This document shows positions 53,843 through 64,000 of a stretch of DNA of 64,000 nucleotides, in pieces. The notes beneath the pieces are model-generated. The model did no database searches. It was not told the origin of the DNA and worked only from the letters and a program-made list of their open reading frames with translations. Origin of the DNA: Opitutaceae bacterium (GTDB lineage: Bacteria > Verrucomicrobiota > Verrucomicrobiia > Opitutales > Coraliomargaritaceae); contig JBPOFY010000001.1 of the NCBI GenBank assembly GCA_051252375.1, positions 1 through 64,000 on the forward strand. The letters are read 5' to 3'. The translations under genes were made by a program, and so were the position numbers. Each line of letters starts with the position of its first letter. Position 1 is the stretch's first letter.

Positions 53843-54988
53843 CTAATGCCGGCTGGCACGACGAATCAGCCAAAAACCAACCGCCTGAAAAATAATATTC
53901 GGCAACCACATCAAGATGTCGGCCCGCATGGCAGGGTTCCCTTCCAACCAACTGACCATGATCATGAGGAAATAATACGTCATCGCGATCACGAGTGCGA
54001 TGGCAAGATTTGCATAGGTTTCTTTGCGCCCTACTTGGATCGCCAATGGCACCCCAAACACCGCGAGTGAAAAAACTGAAAACGCCATGGCGCAATTTTT
54101 CTGCAGATGGATCTGCACCTTCAACCGCTCTTCCGATACTCCAGAACCAGCGGCCGCTTCCTCTGCTAGCGCCTTGTCGCGCTCCGACATCAACTGAGCA
54201 AAAGTCATTTCTTTCAAGCGCGCGCGACGCTTCCCCTTCTCGCCGAAAATCTTATCCAGCGGCAAAGCCAAAGGAAGCTCCCCAAAGAAAAGAGAGTCCG
54301 GCACGTCCTCGCCAAATGATTCAGGGTTCTTCTCGGAGCGCACCTCCGCAGTGCCGTCCTTTAGGGTCAGCACTATCTCGTTGCGCTGTTTATCATAGTC
54401 CAACTCGCCTTCAGCTGCGCGAACAAAACGTGTCACACGCTTCTCCTCGTCCAGCTCCCAAATCCAGAAATCCTTCATGGTCTGCTCGTCACGCCCTCCC
54501 ATGTAGATCACATAACCGGGGAATTCATTAATGAAACGTCGCTCTTCGATAAACCCGATCGGATTTTCCGTAATGGCAGATGCCATCAACTGCTTGTATG
54601 CGAGCCGTGATTGGGGCCCATAATGTAAATTCACGATGACAGCCATCACCATGCCGATGAAGGAAATCACAAAGACTGGCGAAGCGATTTGGTATAGGCT
54701 CAGACCCGCCGCCTTCATCGCCACAATTTCCTGTTGCGAGGAGAGACGTCCCAACGCAATCAAGGTCCCCGTCAGCACCCCAAAAGGCAGCGCATAGGAC
54801 GCGACGTAAGGAATCAAAAGACCTATCAGCTTAAACGAAATCCCCATACTCAACTTGCCAGCCGCCACCAGCTCAGCGACATCGCGCAAGACGTTGCCGA
54901 CAAGAAGCACAAAAATAAACAGCCCCATCGCCAACGCGGTCGCGACGAGGATCTCTTTTAAAACATGACGATGGAGGAGGTTCAGCAT
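53843..54988 (-). CDS. LptF/LptG family LPS export permease
   Basis: LGRLSSQQEIVAMKAAGLS and WLPN motifs; 3+3 TM layout. Confidence 0.92.
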   Translation of the reverse strand: MLNLLHRHVLKEILVATALAMGLFIFVLLVGNVLRDVAELVAAGKLSMGISFKLIGLLIPYVASYALPFGVLTGTLIALGRLSSQQEIVAMKAAGLSLYQIASPVFVISFIGMVMAVIVNLHYGPQSRLAYKQLMASAITENPIGFIEERRFINEFPGYVIYMGGRDEQTMKDFWIWELDEEKRVTRFVRAAEGELDYDKQRNEIVLTLKDGTAEVRSEKNPESFGEDVPDSLFFGELPLALPLDKIFGEKGKRRARLKEMTFAQLMSERDKALAEEAAAGSGVSEERLKVQIHLQKNCAMAFSVFSLAVFGVPLAIQVGRKETYANLAIALVIAMTYYFLMIMVSWLEGNPAMRADILMWLPNIIFQAVGFWLIRRASRH

Positions 54989-55081
54989 GGAAACATATCT
55001 ACCCGACAAAGTTAGGCGTCAGATAACGCCAATCACAAGCCACAACATCAGACAAATCCGAGCGTTTCACACAAGCACTCC

Positions 55082-55315
55082 CTAAATCCCATAAGTCTTG
55101 ATCAGCTTCTTTGCCTTCGACTTGAGTGCTGGTTCGACACCGGTCTGCTCTGACAGCTTCTCCAAACCTTTCAAGATCGGGCGCTGTGGCGGTAGATTTA
55201 AAATATAATCTTCTTCCAGAACTTCTGACAGACGCTTTAAAGCCGCACGGCGTTTCGCTAGGGTCGCGGACTTACTCAATAATTCCGCAATGGTTTGGTT
55301 CACTTCGTCGTTCAT
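55082..55315 (-). CDS. Hypothetical basic helical protein (77 aa)
   Basis: Start overlaps the stop of the upstream channel gene (ATGA). Confidence 0.75.
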   Translation of the reverse strand: MNDEVNQTIAELLSKSATLAKRRAALKRLSEVLEEDYILNLPPQRPILKGLEKLSEQTGVEPALKSKAKKLIKTYGI

Positions 55316-56145
55316 GTAGCAGCTTTTGGTGGTAGTTCAGGTAAACGATCGCCGCAGACTTTGCAGAAAGTGGCATCTTTATCGTGGTTTTCCCATCCGC
55401 ACGCAGGACAAATAGGATCTTTTCCGACCGGTGGCGTGTAAGGGTGTGTCATCTCAGCAGTCACAATCGCAGTCGGCACGGCGATAATTCCGTAGCCGGT
55501 GATCATGATCAACGAAGCCACGAATTGTCCAAGTGGAGTCTGCGGAGATATATCACCATACCCCACCGTGGTCAGTGTAACGATGGCCCAATAAACACTC
55601 TTAGGAATACTGGTAAATCCATTATCCTCGCCCTCGATCAAATACATGAGCGATCCGAGAATCAGCACGAGAATGACAACCGTAAAAATGAACACCGCGA
55701 TCTTACGGGCACTAGAGCGCATGGCCCGCATCAAGGTGTTCGCTTCGCCGATATACTTCGCCAGCTTAAGCACTCGAAAAATGCGTAGCACACGCAATAC
55801 GCGAAGTAACATGAGGTAGTGCGCACCAGGAAGGAGTAAATCGATATAGGTCGGCAATATCGCCAATAAATCAACTACACCGAAAAAACTCCGACTGTAT
55901 TTTGCAGGCTTCTCAGACACATAAAGTCGCAAAATATACTCCCCAGTGAAAAGCCCAGTCACCACCCATTCCCCCACATAAAGCCAATGGCGCACATCCG
56001 CAGACAAGGTCGGGATACTTTCCAGCATCACCATGCAGACGCTGAGCAATATCGCCAGAATCAGAACCACATCGAAGGCCTTCTCATCCCAACGATGGGA
56101 CTGAAATATAATACGGCGACACTCTGTGCGAAACCGACTAACCAT
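55312..56145 (-). CDS. Voltage-gated-type potassium channel with C-terminal Zn ribbon
   Basis: S4 [21 protein letters not shown] filter and CPACG...FCKVCG. Confidence 0.95.
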   Translation of the reverse strand: MVSRFRTECRRIIFQSHRWDEKAFDVVLILAILLSVCMVMLESIPTLSADVRHWLYVGEWVVTGLFTGEYILRLYVSEKPAKYSRSFFGVVDLLAILPTYIDLLLPGAHYLMLLRVLRVLRIFRVLKLAKYIGEANTLMRAMRSSARKIAVFIFTVVILVLILGSLMYLIEGEDNGFTSIPKSVYWAIVTLTTVGYGDISPQTPLGQFVASLIMITGYGIIAVPTAIVTAEMTHPYTPPVGKDPICPACGWENHDKDATFCKVCGDRLPELPPKAAT

Positions 56146-56156
56146 AACCAACCTTT

Positions 56157-56567
56157 CTACTGCTTAATAAAATACACTTCAGACGGCTCCGCTCCGGGGC
56201 GCGCATAAGTGCCCACAAGGAGCTGCTGCTCCGGATAGAAAATCAAGCGATATGCCGAGCCCGGATAACCTTCGTCTCGCAGGACGAACTCCAGTCGCGG
56301 TTGCTCTTCAATTTCATCAAAAATTGCCGATTCCACATTGATTGGTTGCGGATTAAAATACTGCACCACGACTAGCCCAGCCTCCTCGCCTTGCTCAACC
56401 TTCAATCTGTATGTGCCATCCGCACGCAGCCACAAACCATAAAAGTCAGACTGCTCTGGCAACTTTGCGATGGTCGACGGAATATCAAATTCCGGTTCCA
56501 AGCGATCCTCCCCATTCAGGGAAAGCAAGAGACCCGACAACAGCAGACCGATCAAAAAAATACGCAT
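56157..56567 (-). CDS. Hypothetical secreted protein
   Basis: Signal peptide; [14 protein letters not shown] and YPGSAY segments. Confidence 0.8.
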   Translation of the reverse strand: MRIFLIGLLLSGLLLSLNGEDRLEPEFDIPSTIAKLPEQSDFYGLWLRADGTYRLKVEQGEEAGLVVVQYFNPQPINVESAIFDEIEEQPRLEFVLRDEGYPGSAYRLIFYPEQQLLVGTYARPGAEPSEVYFIKQ

Positions 56568-56714
56568 ATATTATTCATGCGCTGCCCAACGAATGATGGC
56601 AAGCGATGAATATTCGTAGCATTGAAAGTAAACTCGACGATTGCCTGGTGCGCCGACAAAAGCCCGTCTTGGGTTGAACAACCAGCAGAAGAACCCATAA
56701 ACATATACTTATCT

Positions 56715-57827
56715 ATGTCACGCCTCCGAATACTCTCCAGCTGCATCGTATTTATATTCTTTGCCTATAGCCTAGTTCAGGCCGAAACGGCGCTGCGCTA
56801 TGCCAACAATTTCGAGATCACGGAGCATGGCACACATCGCATTCTGACCATCCGCAATACCCACCAAAAGGCAGAAAGCACGATCCGCTACGCGCTCGTG
56901 CCAAAAGACCAAGCACTACCCAAATTGGCGGACAACCTCACTGTCATCCGCACGCCTGTCGAGCGGGTAGTCGTGATGGAAACCGTCTATATCGGCTACC
57001 TCGAGGCCTTACAAAAAATCGACACCATCGTAGGCGCTGGCACGATCGACTTCATCAGCAATTCTGACGTCCAAGCACGGATCAATGCAGGGGAAATTAA
57101 GAGTGTTCAAATCGGGCAAGGGCTCGACATCGAGCGCATGCTACTCCTGCAACCGGACCTTATACTCACCAGCATTTCAGGCGACCCCACCTTCGACGTG
57201 CCAGCCAAGCTGACTCGCTCAGGATTACCCGTGGTGCTATCTGCCGGCTACATGGAAGCACACCCACTGGCACGAGCGGAGTGGATCAAGTTTATCGCCG
57301 CATTCTTCGAAGCCGATGCCCAAGCGACCGAACTTTTCGACGCCATGGCGAATCGCTATGAACGCTTGAAAGCAAGAATCATCCCCGAGCTAGAACAACC
57401 GACCGTATTTGCAGGTGCGCCCTACTCTGGAGCATGGTATGTCGCAGGCGGTGAAAGCTACATGGCACGCGCCATCGACGATGCCGGCGGCGACTACCTG
57501 TGGGCAGACACTCCACTACAAGGTGCAATTGCACTGGACACTGAACGTGTATTTCTAAGAGCCGCGCAAGCTGACATCTGGCTCGACCCCAGCCATTATC
57601 GCACCCGCGACGAACTGTTTGCCGCCGACCAACGCTTCACAAAATTCCACGCAGCTAAAGTCGGCTCAGTCTTCAACAACACCAAACAAGTCAGCACGAA
57701 CGGCGGCAATGCCATCTGGGAGACCGGCATCGTCCATCCGGATAAAGTATTGGCCGACCTGATTGCCATCTTCCATCCTGAGCTGATGCCAAATCACACA
57801 TTCGTTTTCTACGAGCAACTAAAGTAA
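56715..57827 (+). CDS. Cobalamin/iron-chelate ABC substrate-binding protein (BtuF-like)
   Basis: TPVERVV, LQPDLI, YMEAHPLARAEWIKF and PDKVLADLI motifs; likely ATG at 56715. Confidence 0.88.
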   Translation: MSRLRILSSCIVFIFFAYSLVQAETALRYANNFEITEHGTHRILTIRNTHQKAESTIRYALVPKDQALPKLADNLTVIRTPVERVVVMETVYIGYLEALQKIDTIVGAGTIDFISNSDVQARINAGEIKSVQIGQGLDIERMLLLQPDLILTSISGDPTFDVPAKLTRSGLPVVLSAGYMEAHPLARAEWIKFIAAFFEADAQATELFDAMANRYERLKARIIPELEQPTVFAGAPYSGAWYVAGGESYMARAIDDAGGDYLWADTPLQGAIALDTERVFLRAAQADIWLDPSHYRTRDELFAADQRFTKFHAAKVGSVFNNTKQVSTNGGNAIWETGIVHPDKVLADLIAIFHPELMPNHTFVFYEQLK

Positions 57828-57899
57828 ATCGAATAAAACACTTTCTTCGGTATTTTCGATTCGCTTGGAAGCAGGTTCTGACAAAGCTGTAATTTTGAT

Positions 57900-58958
57900 A
57901 TGTCGCCCAGCTCCGCAGATCGATCCAGCACCCGTCACCGTATTTTATTCGGATTGCTGCCGCTTGCGATCATCGCATTAGCAATTACCAGTGCGTGCTT
58001 CGGCAGCGTCTCACTCTCGCCAGTCTCTGTGCTCAAAGCAATCACTGGAGCCAGCGACCTAAACCCGGTGCATCAACAAATCATTCTCGATTTCAGATTG
58101 CCCCGCATCCTCACCTCCATGCTCGCTGGAGCAGCGCTGGCCACCGCCGGACTGATGATGCAGACAGTGTTTCGCAACCCACTAGCTGACCCTTTCGTGC
58201 TCGGAGTGAACTCAGGCGCCAGCCTCGGCGTCGCCCTTGTCTTGCTCGCACTCGCACCCGCAGGGATGAGCCTCATCGATGGGCTCAGCACATCCGGGCA
58301 ACTCATCATCGTGCTCGCTTCTACGGGAGGCGCAGCTGCCACACTCTTCCTAGTGCTCATACTGTCTAGGCGGGTCGACATCATGTCTGTGCTAATCATC
58401 GGACTGATGATCAGCTACACGGTCGGCGCGCTCGTCAGCATCCTCATGTTCTTTAGCATGGCAGAGCGCTTGCAGTCTTTCCTCAATTGGTCCTTCGGCG
58501 ACTACGGCAATGTGAGCTGGTCGCAAATGCAAATCTTTGGACCCGCCATCTTCCTCGGATTGTTCGTCAGTGTTCTTTTCGTTAAACCACTGGATGCGTT
58601 ACTGCTAGGTGAGCGCTACGCAGAAAGCGTCGGCACGCAAACTCGCAAAGTGCGTTTCTTCGTGCTGCTAGGCGCCTCGCTACTCGCGGGCACAGTGACT
58701 GGGTTTTGCGGCCCAATCGGCTTCCTCGGCATCGCCGCGCCACACCTCAGTCGACATCTTTTCCAAACAAGCCGTCATTCAGTCCTCATCCCCGCCTCCA
58801 TCTGCATCGGCGCATTGCTTTCGCTGGCTTCCGATTTCGTTGCGCGTGGCCCCGGGTTGGACTTCGTCCTGCCACTCAATGCCATCACCGCGCTCGTCGG
58901 CGCACCCGTCATCATCGCGGCACTGATTAAACAGCGTAACCTCAAGCGTCTCTTCTAG
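57900..58958 (+). CDS. FecCD/BtuC-type ABC permease
   Basis: [22 protein letters not shown] and [12 protein letters not shown] motifs. Confidence 0.95.
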   Translation: MSPSSADRSSTRHRILFGLLPLAIIALAITSACFGSVSLSPVSVLKAITGASDLNPVHQQIILDFRLPRILTSMLAGAALATAGLMMQTVFRNPLADPFVLGVNSGASLGVALVLLALAPAGMSLIDGLSTSGQLIIVLASTGGAAATLFLVLILSRRVDIMSVLIIGLMISYTVGALVSILMFFSMAERLQSFLNWSFGDYGNVSWSQMQIFGPAIFLGLFVSVLFVKPLDALLLGERYAESVGTQTRKVRFFVLLGASLLAGTVTGFCGPIGFLGIAAPHLSRHLFQTSRHSVLIPASICIGALLSLASDFVARGPGLDFVLPLNAITALVGAPVIIAALIKQRNLKRLF

Positions 58959-59984
58959 ATGAGCGATACGGCACAGATCACGACATCGGCACTGACGATC
59001 GGTTACACACATAAAGGCGTGACCAATACCGTAGCCAAGGACCTAGAACTTACACTGAATGCCGGAGAATTCGTCTGCCTACTCGGTCCAAATGGCGCAG
59101 GGAAATCCACCCTCATCAGGACGCTAGCAGGCATGCAAAAACCGCTTAGCGGAAGCATCCAGCTACAAGGAAAAGACTTTAGCGACATCGCTCCGCGTGA
59201 ACGCGCCCGCATGGTCAGCGTTGTCCTAACCGAAACTTTCCCAAGCGGCATGATGGATGCCTACACTCTGGTTTCACTCGGTCGCCATCCCTACTCCGGC
59301 TGGCTTGGCGGACTAAATAACAACGACCGCGAGCGTATCGACTGGGCTTTTAATGCGGTCGGCGCTGAAGCGCTCGCCACTCGCCAAGTCGCCGAGCTCA
59401 GTGACGGCGAACGCCAAAAAGTCTCCATCGCTCGCGCCCTCGCGCAAGAATCGAAGGTCATGCTCCTCGACGAGCCCACCGCTTTCCTCGATCTTCCACG
59501 ACGTGTCGAGCTAATGAGCATTCTCCGCAATCTCGCGCACCGCGAGCAAATGGGACTTCTCCTTTCGACCCACGACCTCGATCTCGCATTGCGTTTCGCT
59601 GACCGCATCTGGATCGTCAACGAAGATGGCAGCATCCAGCAAGGTTACCCCGAAGCACTCGCGCTCGAAGGCACCTTGGAACGCGTCTTTGCCAATGAAA
59701 ATTTAGACTGGGACGCAGAGCTCGGATCTTTTCGAGCGCATCCGACACCATGCTTAAACGTCTACATGCACGGTGAAGGCATCCACTATGCTTGGACGAA
59801 GCGCGCCCTAGAACGCTTGGGCTTCGGCATCACTGACGCTCAAGGCAAGGCGGCATTTTCGATAGAGATTACACAAGCCAACGACTGCGCGACCTGGGCC
59901 GTTCAATACAAAGATGAACAACCTGTCTTTACCGAAATACGCGTATTGATCGACTGGATACAAGCACAAGACTGGAGCCGTTAA
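58959..59984 (+). CDS. FecE/BtuD-type ABC ATPase
   Basis: [23 protein letters not shown] and THD motifs. Confidence 0.95.
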   Translation: MSDTAQITTSALTIGYTHKGVTNTVAKDLELTLNAGEFVCLLGPNGAGKSTLIRTLAGMQKPLSGSIQLQGKDFSDIAPRERARMVSVVLTETFPSGMMDAYTLVSLGRHPYSGWLGGLNNNDRERIDWAFNAVGAEALATRQVAELSDGERQKVSIARALAQESKVMLLDEPTAFLDLPRRVELMSILRNLAHREQMGLLLSTHDLDLALRFADRIWIVNEDGSIQQGYPEALALEGTLERVFANENLDWDAELGSFRAHPTPCLNVYMHGEGIHYAWTKRALERLGFGITDAQGKAAFSIEITQANDCATWAVQYKDEQPVFTEIRVLIDWIQAQDWSR

Positions 59985-59986
59985 AG

Positions 59987-60364
59987 CTACAGTTTTTTCT
60001 TCAAGCACCCCGGACAAGTGCCGGAGTATATAATCTCACCCCCAGTGATCAAATAGCCTTTCGGCGCAATGATATCCGGCAAACGCATCGCCACCGGCAA
60101 ATCAAAAACACGGTCACACCGCCGACAAATAAAGTGCGGGTGCTCAGACTCGGCGGGCAATTCATAGCGCTTCGGCTGCCCTGGGAATTCGACTCCGATT
60201 ATTAAATAGTTTTCCGACAGTCCCCGTATCGCACGGTCCACAGTGGCAGAGCCTAAACGATCAATTTGCTGACGACCGTATCGTAGAATCTCCTCACGCG
60301 TCAGCGGGCGCCCTGCATCTTGCAGGACGGACAAAATGACTTCGCGTTGACGGGTTTGAATCAT
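59987..60364 (-). CDS. Fur-family transcriptional regulator
   Basis: TRQR, ATVDR, HPHFICRRC and GTCPGC motifs; ATG at 60364. Confidence 0.9.
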   Translation of the reverse strand: MIQTRQREVILSVLQDAGRPLTREEILRYGRQQIDRLGSATVDRAIRGLSENYLIIGVEFPGQPKRYELPAESEHPHFICRRCDRVFDLPVAMRLPDIIAPKGYLITGGEIIYSGTCPGCLKKKL

Positions 60365-60435
60365 AAAAAAGGCAGACTGCCATTTCCAAAAGGCACTAAG
60401 GAAACAACAGCCTGCCACACTACCCAAGACAATCT

Positions 60436-62397
60436 CTAAAAAGTGTATCGCGCGCCAATATAGCCAGCTCGCCCGAGCGCAGGATATCCAGCTGCGGGCT
60501 CGTAAGCTTCATCCAACAAATTCTCCACTCGCCCGAAAAGCGTCACGCGTTCACTGACCGCCCAGTCAATAACGAGTCGAACAACAAAGAAATCCTCATG
60601 GTCGCCTTGCGTATAGAAAACCGGATCATAGTCTTCACGATCAAAATGCCCGATTGCTTGAAGCCCGGCATGCAAGTCATCAGTGACTTGGTAATCGACT
60701 CCGAGTTGCAGCATGTGACGCGGACGACGAGTCAGGCGCTTATCCGCGTCTTCATCAACCGCAGTCAGATATGTGTATCCCAAGCTCACATCGACCTTCT
60801 TTGTCACAGCATAGTTCGCCTCGAACTCTACACCCTCGGTCTTCGCCGATTTCACATTAATCGTGTCATACTCATATGTGAATGGTGCGACTTCAATCGC
60901 GTTGTAACCGAGCATATCATCGATCTGATTCTTAAACCCAAGAATCGACCAGACGAGGTCGCCGTCTAAAAGAGTCTGGCGAAAACCAAGCTCATAAGAT
61001 CGACTTTGCTCGGCACTCAAAGGCGTATCAAACCCTGCCACGTCAAAAGCAATGTCCGCTGCCCCAGGAGGCGCATAAGATGTCGCATACTTAGCAAACA
61101 CTGTGCAGCCGTAGTCATTGAAATTATACAACACTTCGACACTACCAGTCGTCTCTGAATCAAATTCAGAATAGTCATCATAGCGTAAGCCACCGCGTAA
61201 TTCCAAGTCGCCGATCAACCACATAGCCTGCGCGTAAGCACCATATTGTTCAAATTCTTCAGCGTAAGGTTTCGCGGGATCCAAAGGATCGAACTCTAGG
61301 TTGCTGTTCGTCGCTTCATCTTTTCGATAGATGAGTCCGCCGGAAATCAACAAGTCATCCGTAATCGAATAGTCGACCTGGAAACTCACTTCATCCGAAT
61401 CCAACTCAATCACATTCGATGTTGGAAAATCGCCAAGGTAAGTCCAAAAATCATCAAACGAAGAACGGACCTGACTTAGCCCTGTTTGACTATTCGAATG
61501 CGAATAAAAAAGATGAACCGAAAGCTCATCTGTCGCATAGCGCAGGCCGGGCGAGATCAACCAGTTCTCAATATCCTGCCCATCTTCTAGTTTCGGATCA
61601 GTTATTGCGCCTGGCAGACCCTTCTCACTTTCTGAATATTGCCCCAAGAGCTCCAAGCTCAGTGCATCAGTTAGACGATAGTCAAAGCGCGAAGTGATAC
61701 TGCGCGATTCATATTCGTCGTTATCGCGCTCATTATCGGTGGAGAGCGCAGACCCAGCTAAGCTCACACCCAAATCACCACTAGCCACAGATGCCGCAAA
61801 AGCGCCCCGGCGATAGCCATTGGCACCGATTTCCGCTTCGATCGAACCGACCGGCGACTCATTATCCAGCGAAGACTGTGTGCGCAAATCAATTGCACCG
61901 CCAATACCACTGGAACCGTAATTCACAGAGGAAGCACCACGTTGCACCTGGACACTGTCCAAATTCCCGATCGACAGCAGCTCAAGATCATACTGATTCC
62001 CGAAGCCTGAGTTAAGACGACGACCATCGAGAAAAAACGCTGTGTGATTACTTTCCGTGCCACGAGTGAATAAAGAAGTCTGCGCACCAGTCGCACCGGA
62101 TGAGATCAACACCATACCCTGTTGTTTTTCCAAAACATCAACCAAGTTGCGGTTCTGCCAGCTTTCCATCTCATCTTGTGAGATATAATCGACCGACGGT
62201 GAAACACGGTCGAGCCCGAGCGGTGTGCGAGTCGCCACCACCACATAAGGTGCGAGCTCGCCTTCCATTTCAGCTGTTTCACTAGCGACCTCGTCAGCAA
62301 AACTGACGACTGGTAATAAAAGGATGCTAGCCCAAAGCGAACTTTTGGCTGCGTTTTTGAATGCGTTTTGTAGGTGCATCTCTTTCGAAAATGCCAT
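60436..62397 (-). CDS. TonB-dependent receptor (BtuB-like)
   Basis: YVVVATR TonB box, RGTESNHT plug, RRPRH, ENLLD and C-terminal YTF. Confidence 0.95.
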   Translation of the reverse strand: MAFSKEMHLQNAFKNAAKSSLWASILLLPVVSFADEVASETAEMEGELAPYVVVATRTPLGLDRVSPSVDYISQDEMESWQNRNLVDVLEKQQGMVLISSGATGAQTSLFTRGTESNHTAFFLDGRRLNSGFGNQYDLELLSIGNLDSVQVQRGASSVNYGSSGIGGAIDLRTQSSLDNESPVGSIEAEIGANGYRRGAFAASVASGDLGVSLAGSALSTDNERDNDEYESRSITSRFDYRLTDALSLELLGQYSESEKGLPGAITDPKLEDGQDIENWLISPGLRYATDELSVHLFYSHSNSQTGLSQVRSSFDDFWTYLGDFPTSNVIELDSDEVSFQVDYSITDDLLISGGLIYRKDEATNSNLEFDPLDPAKPYAEEFEQYGAYAQAMWLIGDLELRGGLRYDDYSEFDSETTGSVEVLYNFNDYGCTVFAKYATSYAPPGAADIAFDVAGFDTPLSAEQSRSYELGFRQTLLDGDLVWSILGFKNQIDDMLGYNAIEVAPFTYEYDTINVKSAKTEGVEFEANYAVTKKVDVSLGYTYLTAVDEDADKRLTRRPRHMLQLGVDYQVTDDLHAGLQAIGHFDREDYDPVFYTQGDHEDFFVVRLVIDWAVSERVTLFGRVENLLDEAYEPAAGYPALGRAGYIGARYTF

Positions 62398-62425
62398 CTC
62401 AACAACAAAGACAACCTTTTTGATA

Positions 62426-62444
62426 TTTGAGAATCACTCTCAAA
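62426..62444. promoter_or_regulatory. Fur-box-like 9-1-9 repeat TTTGAGAATCACTCTCAAA
   Basis: Inverted repeat upstream of the TonB receptor-fur pair. Confidence 0.7.
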
Positions 62445-62535
62445 TTAAAACCTAAGCAACATACCTAACCCAACTCAAGCTTCGCTACAACTCAACCGCA
62501 TATAGGGCAATGGCTTATGGAATATCTACACGCTT

Positions 62536-62554
62536 ATTGAAACCGATTCTCAAT
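62536..62554. promoter_or_regulatory. Second Fur-box-like repeat ATTGAAACCGATTCTCAAT
   Basis: Lies within the larger cttattga...tcaataag palindrome. Confidence 0.65.
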
Positions 62555-62625
62555 AAGTAGAAATGTTACAATACCATACCAGTATTAGCGAGACTACTCA
62601 AATATCACTCTCGGCCGACCGCCAA

Positions 62626-63021
62626 TTAGCAATCGTAGAGCACGTCTTCAGCTACCAGCACATTATCGGCGCGCACGACACGTCGATTGCCATCCGCTAA
62701 AACGAGCACTTTTGGTTTCCAAGATTTGGCCTCTTCGGCCTCGAACTGCGCAAAGGACATGATGACTAGGAGGTCGCCCTTTTCGCCTTTGTGCGCCGCA
62801 GCACCATTCAACGAAATCGTGTGTGATCCTTTCGGAGCCTCAATCGCATAGGTCTCCAAGCGTTCGCCATTGGCGATGTTGGCGACCAATATCTTCTCGT
62901 AAGGCACTAGCCCCACTTGCTCCATTAAGGCAGCATCAATCGCAAGACTGCCTTCATAATGAAGAGCACGATCCGTGACTTCTGCGCGTAGCAGCTTGGA
63001 TTTAAGAAGTGTGACTTGCAT
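62626..63021 (-). CDS. panD: Aspartate 1-decarboxylase
   Basis: LLKSKL, YEGS cleavage site, NGERLETY and LNGAAA motifs; ATG at 63021. Confidence 0.96.
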   Translation of the reverse strand: MQVTLLKSKLLRAEVTDRALHYEGSLAIDAALMEQVGLVPYEKILVANIANGERLETYAIEAPKGSHTISLNGAAAHKGEKGDLLVIMSFAQFEAEEAKSWKPKVLVLADGNRRVVRADNVLVAEDVLYDC

Positions 63022-63112
63022 GTCTGTAATGGTTGTCAATCTGACAGGATTGTCAAAAAGCTGCGGAGGTTGGTGAACTTTCGGGAGTTTGACAATTGGA
63101 AACTGACACCCC

Positions 63113-64000
63113 CTAACTCTCCTCTTCTCTGACCTGAACCTTAAACGTAAACGTGCTCCCTTGCCCCAACTGGCTTTCAGCGGAGAACTTGCCCCCCATT
63201 CGGTCAGAAAGCGTCTTACACAGCGACAAACCAAGTCCGAGCCCTTCATGTGCTCGCCTCAAGGAGGAATCCCCCTGCGTAAATGCATCAAAAATTCGAC
63301 CATCCTCAAGATGACTCGGGTCGATTCCCGGTCCGGTATCAGTCACCTGAAAAATCAATTGCACTTTATTGCTACTCAATTGCTCGGCAGAGATTTTTAC
63401 CAGAATGCTCCCCGCTTTGGTAAATTTAACCGCGTTCTGGAGCAATTTCCGGACAATGATTCGAATCTCCTGCTCTGCGCCAGAAACATACTGTGGTAGG
63501 CTTTGAGGTATATCCGATTCGATCACGACACCATCAACTGGCACGGTATCATTCAACAGCTTCAGCACTAAGGTGGCAGGATTGAAAGAGCCTCGTGACA
63601 TCTCACTCTCGCTCATCGACATCTTCGCGTAGGTTAAAATATCCTGCACGTGCTCGAAATACTTCAGACTGCAATTATGGATCGTGCTGACAAACTCAGC
63701 CTGCTCTTCATCGAGTGGAGTATCCTGTAAAAGCTCAATAAAGCCAAGGATACCGTTCATCGGCGTATTCAACTCGTGGCTGACGATTTCCAAGAAATTG
63801 GTCTTCGCCGCATTCACGTCCTTACGGATGACCGCCTCCTGCTGTGTGACAAAGAGGTAATTATTATAGCAGCGCTCGACCACTTTTTGGATATGATCCA
63901 AGTCAAAAGGCTTCTTTAGATACTCCGAAGCGCCGAAGCTAATCGCCTGACGAGCGGTTTCGAGTGTCTCAAAGGCGGTGAGCACAATGACCTCAGTGTG
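63113..64000 (-). CDS. Hybrid response regulator-histidine kinase (5' end outside window)
   Basis: Receiver tail ([10 protein letters not shown]), [21 protein letters not shown] and GLGLGL motifs. Confidence 0.92.
   Translation of the reverse strand, partial: HTEVIVLTAFETLETARQAISFGASEYLKKPFDLDHIQKVVERCYNNYLFVTQQEAVIRKDVNAAKTNFLEIVSHELNTPMNGILGFIELLQDTPLDEEQAEFVSTIHNCSLKYFEHVQDILTYAKMSMSESEMSRGSFNPATLVLKLLNDTVPVDGVVIESDIPQSLPQYVSGAEQEIRIIVRKLLQNAVKFTKAGSILVKISAEQLSSNKVQLIFQVTDTGPGIDPSHLEDGRIFDAFTQGDSSLRRAHEGLGLGLSLCKTLSDRMGGKFSAESQLGQGSTFTFKVQVREEES

Noticed and set aside
62398..62625. Cobalamin riboswitch upstream of the BtuB-like receptor
   Set aside because: The region is AT-rich with no recognisable B12-box or core elements by eye.

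Overview
A 64-kb, mostly housekeeping chromosomal segment. Gene order, the Verru_Chthon-like pilin cassette and the intergenic repeat style suggest a verrucomicrobial (Opitutales-like) bacterium; this is inference only. It carries aroK, a dus gene, sucCD, coaD, the rplY-pth-rpsF-ssb-rplI-dnaB-bamA-skp-lpxD-prs run, nspC, parB, tdk, a solute symporter, a P1B-4 ATPase, pyrE, rlmJ, recO-like, holB, five pilin-like genes, trhO, two DEAD-box helicases, tRNA-Ser(GCT), pabBC, a Btu/Fec-type TonB receptor plus ABC transporter with a Fur-family gene, and panD. A probable 6S RNA is also present. Main highlight: nickel-pincer (NPN) cofactor genes larE/larC/larB occur without larA. They are flanked by a Tat-exported, motif-altered aldo-keto reductase (candidate NPN client) and a 72-aa mini HupE/UreJ-like protein. 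Second highlight: at the left edge, a recurring AAGGGGTCGAACGCAAAA.ATAAAGAT motif cuts a REP hairpin and a gene and brackets an orphan ORF, suggesting a cassette/recombination array. Other points are an unannotated 44-aa membrane peptide coupled to a cNMP-domain kinase, a structured leader before rhlE, five co-varying REP-like families, and Fur/PerR-like boxes. All calls are by eye, without database searches.
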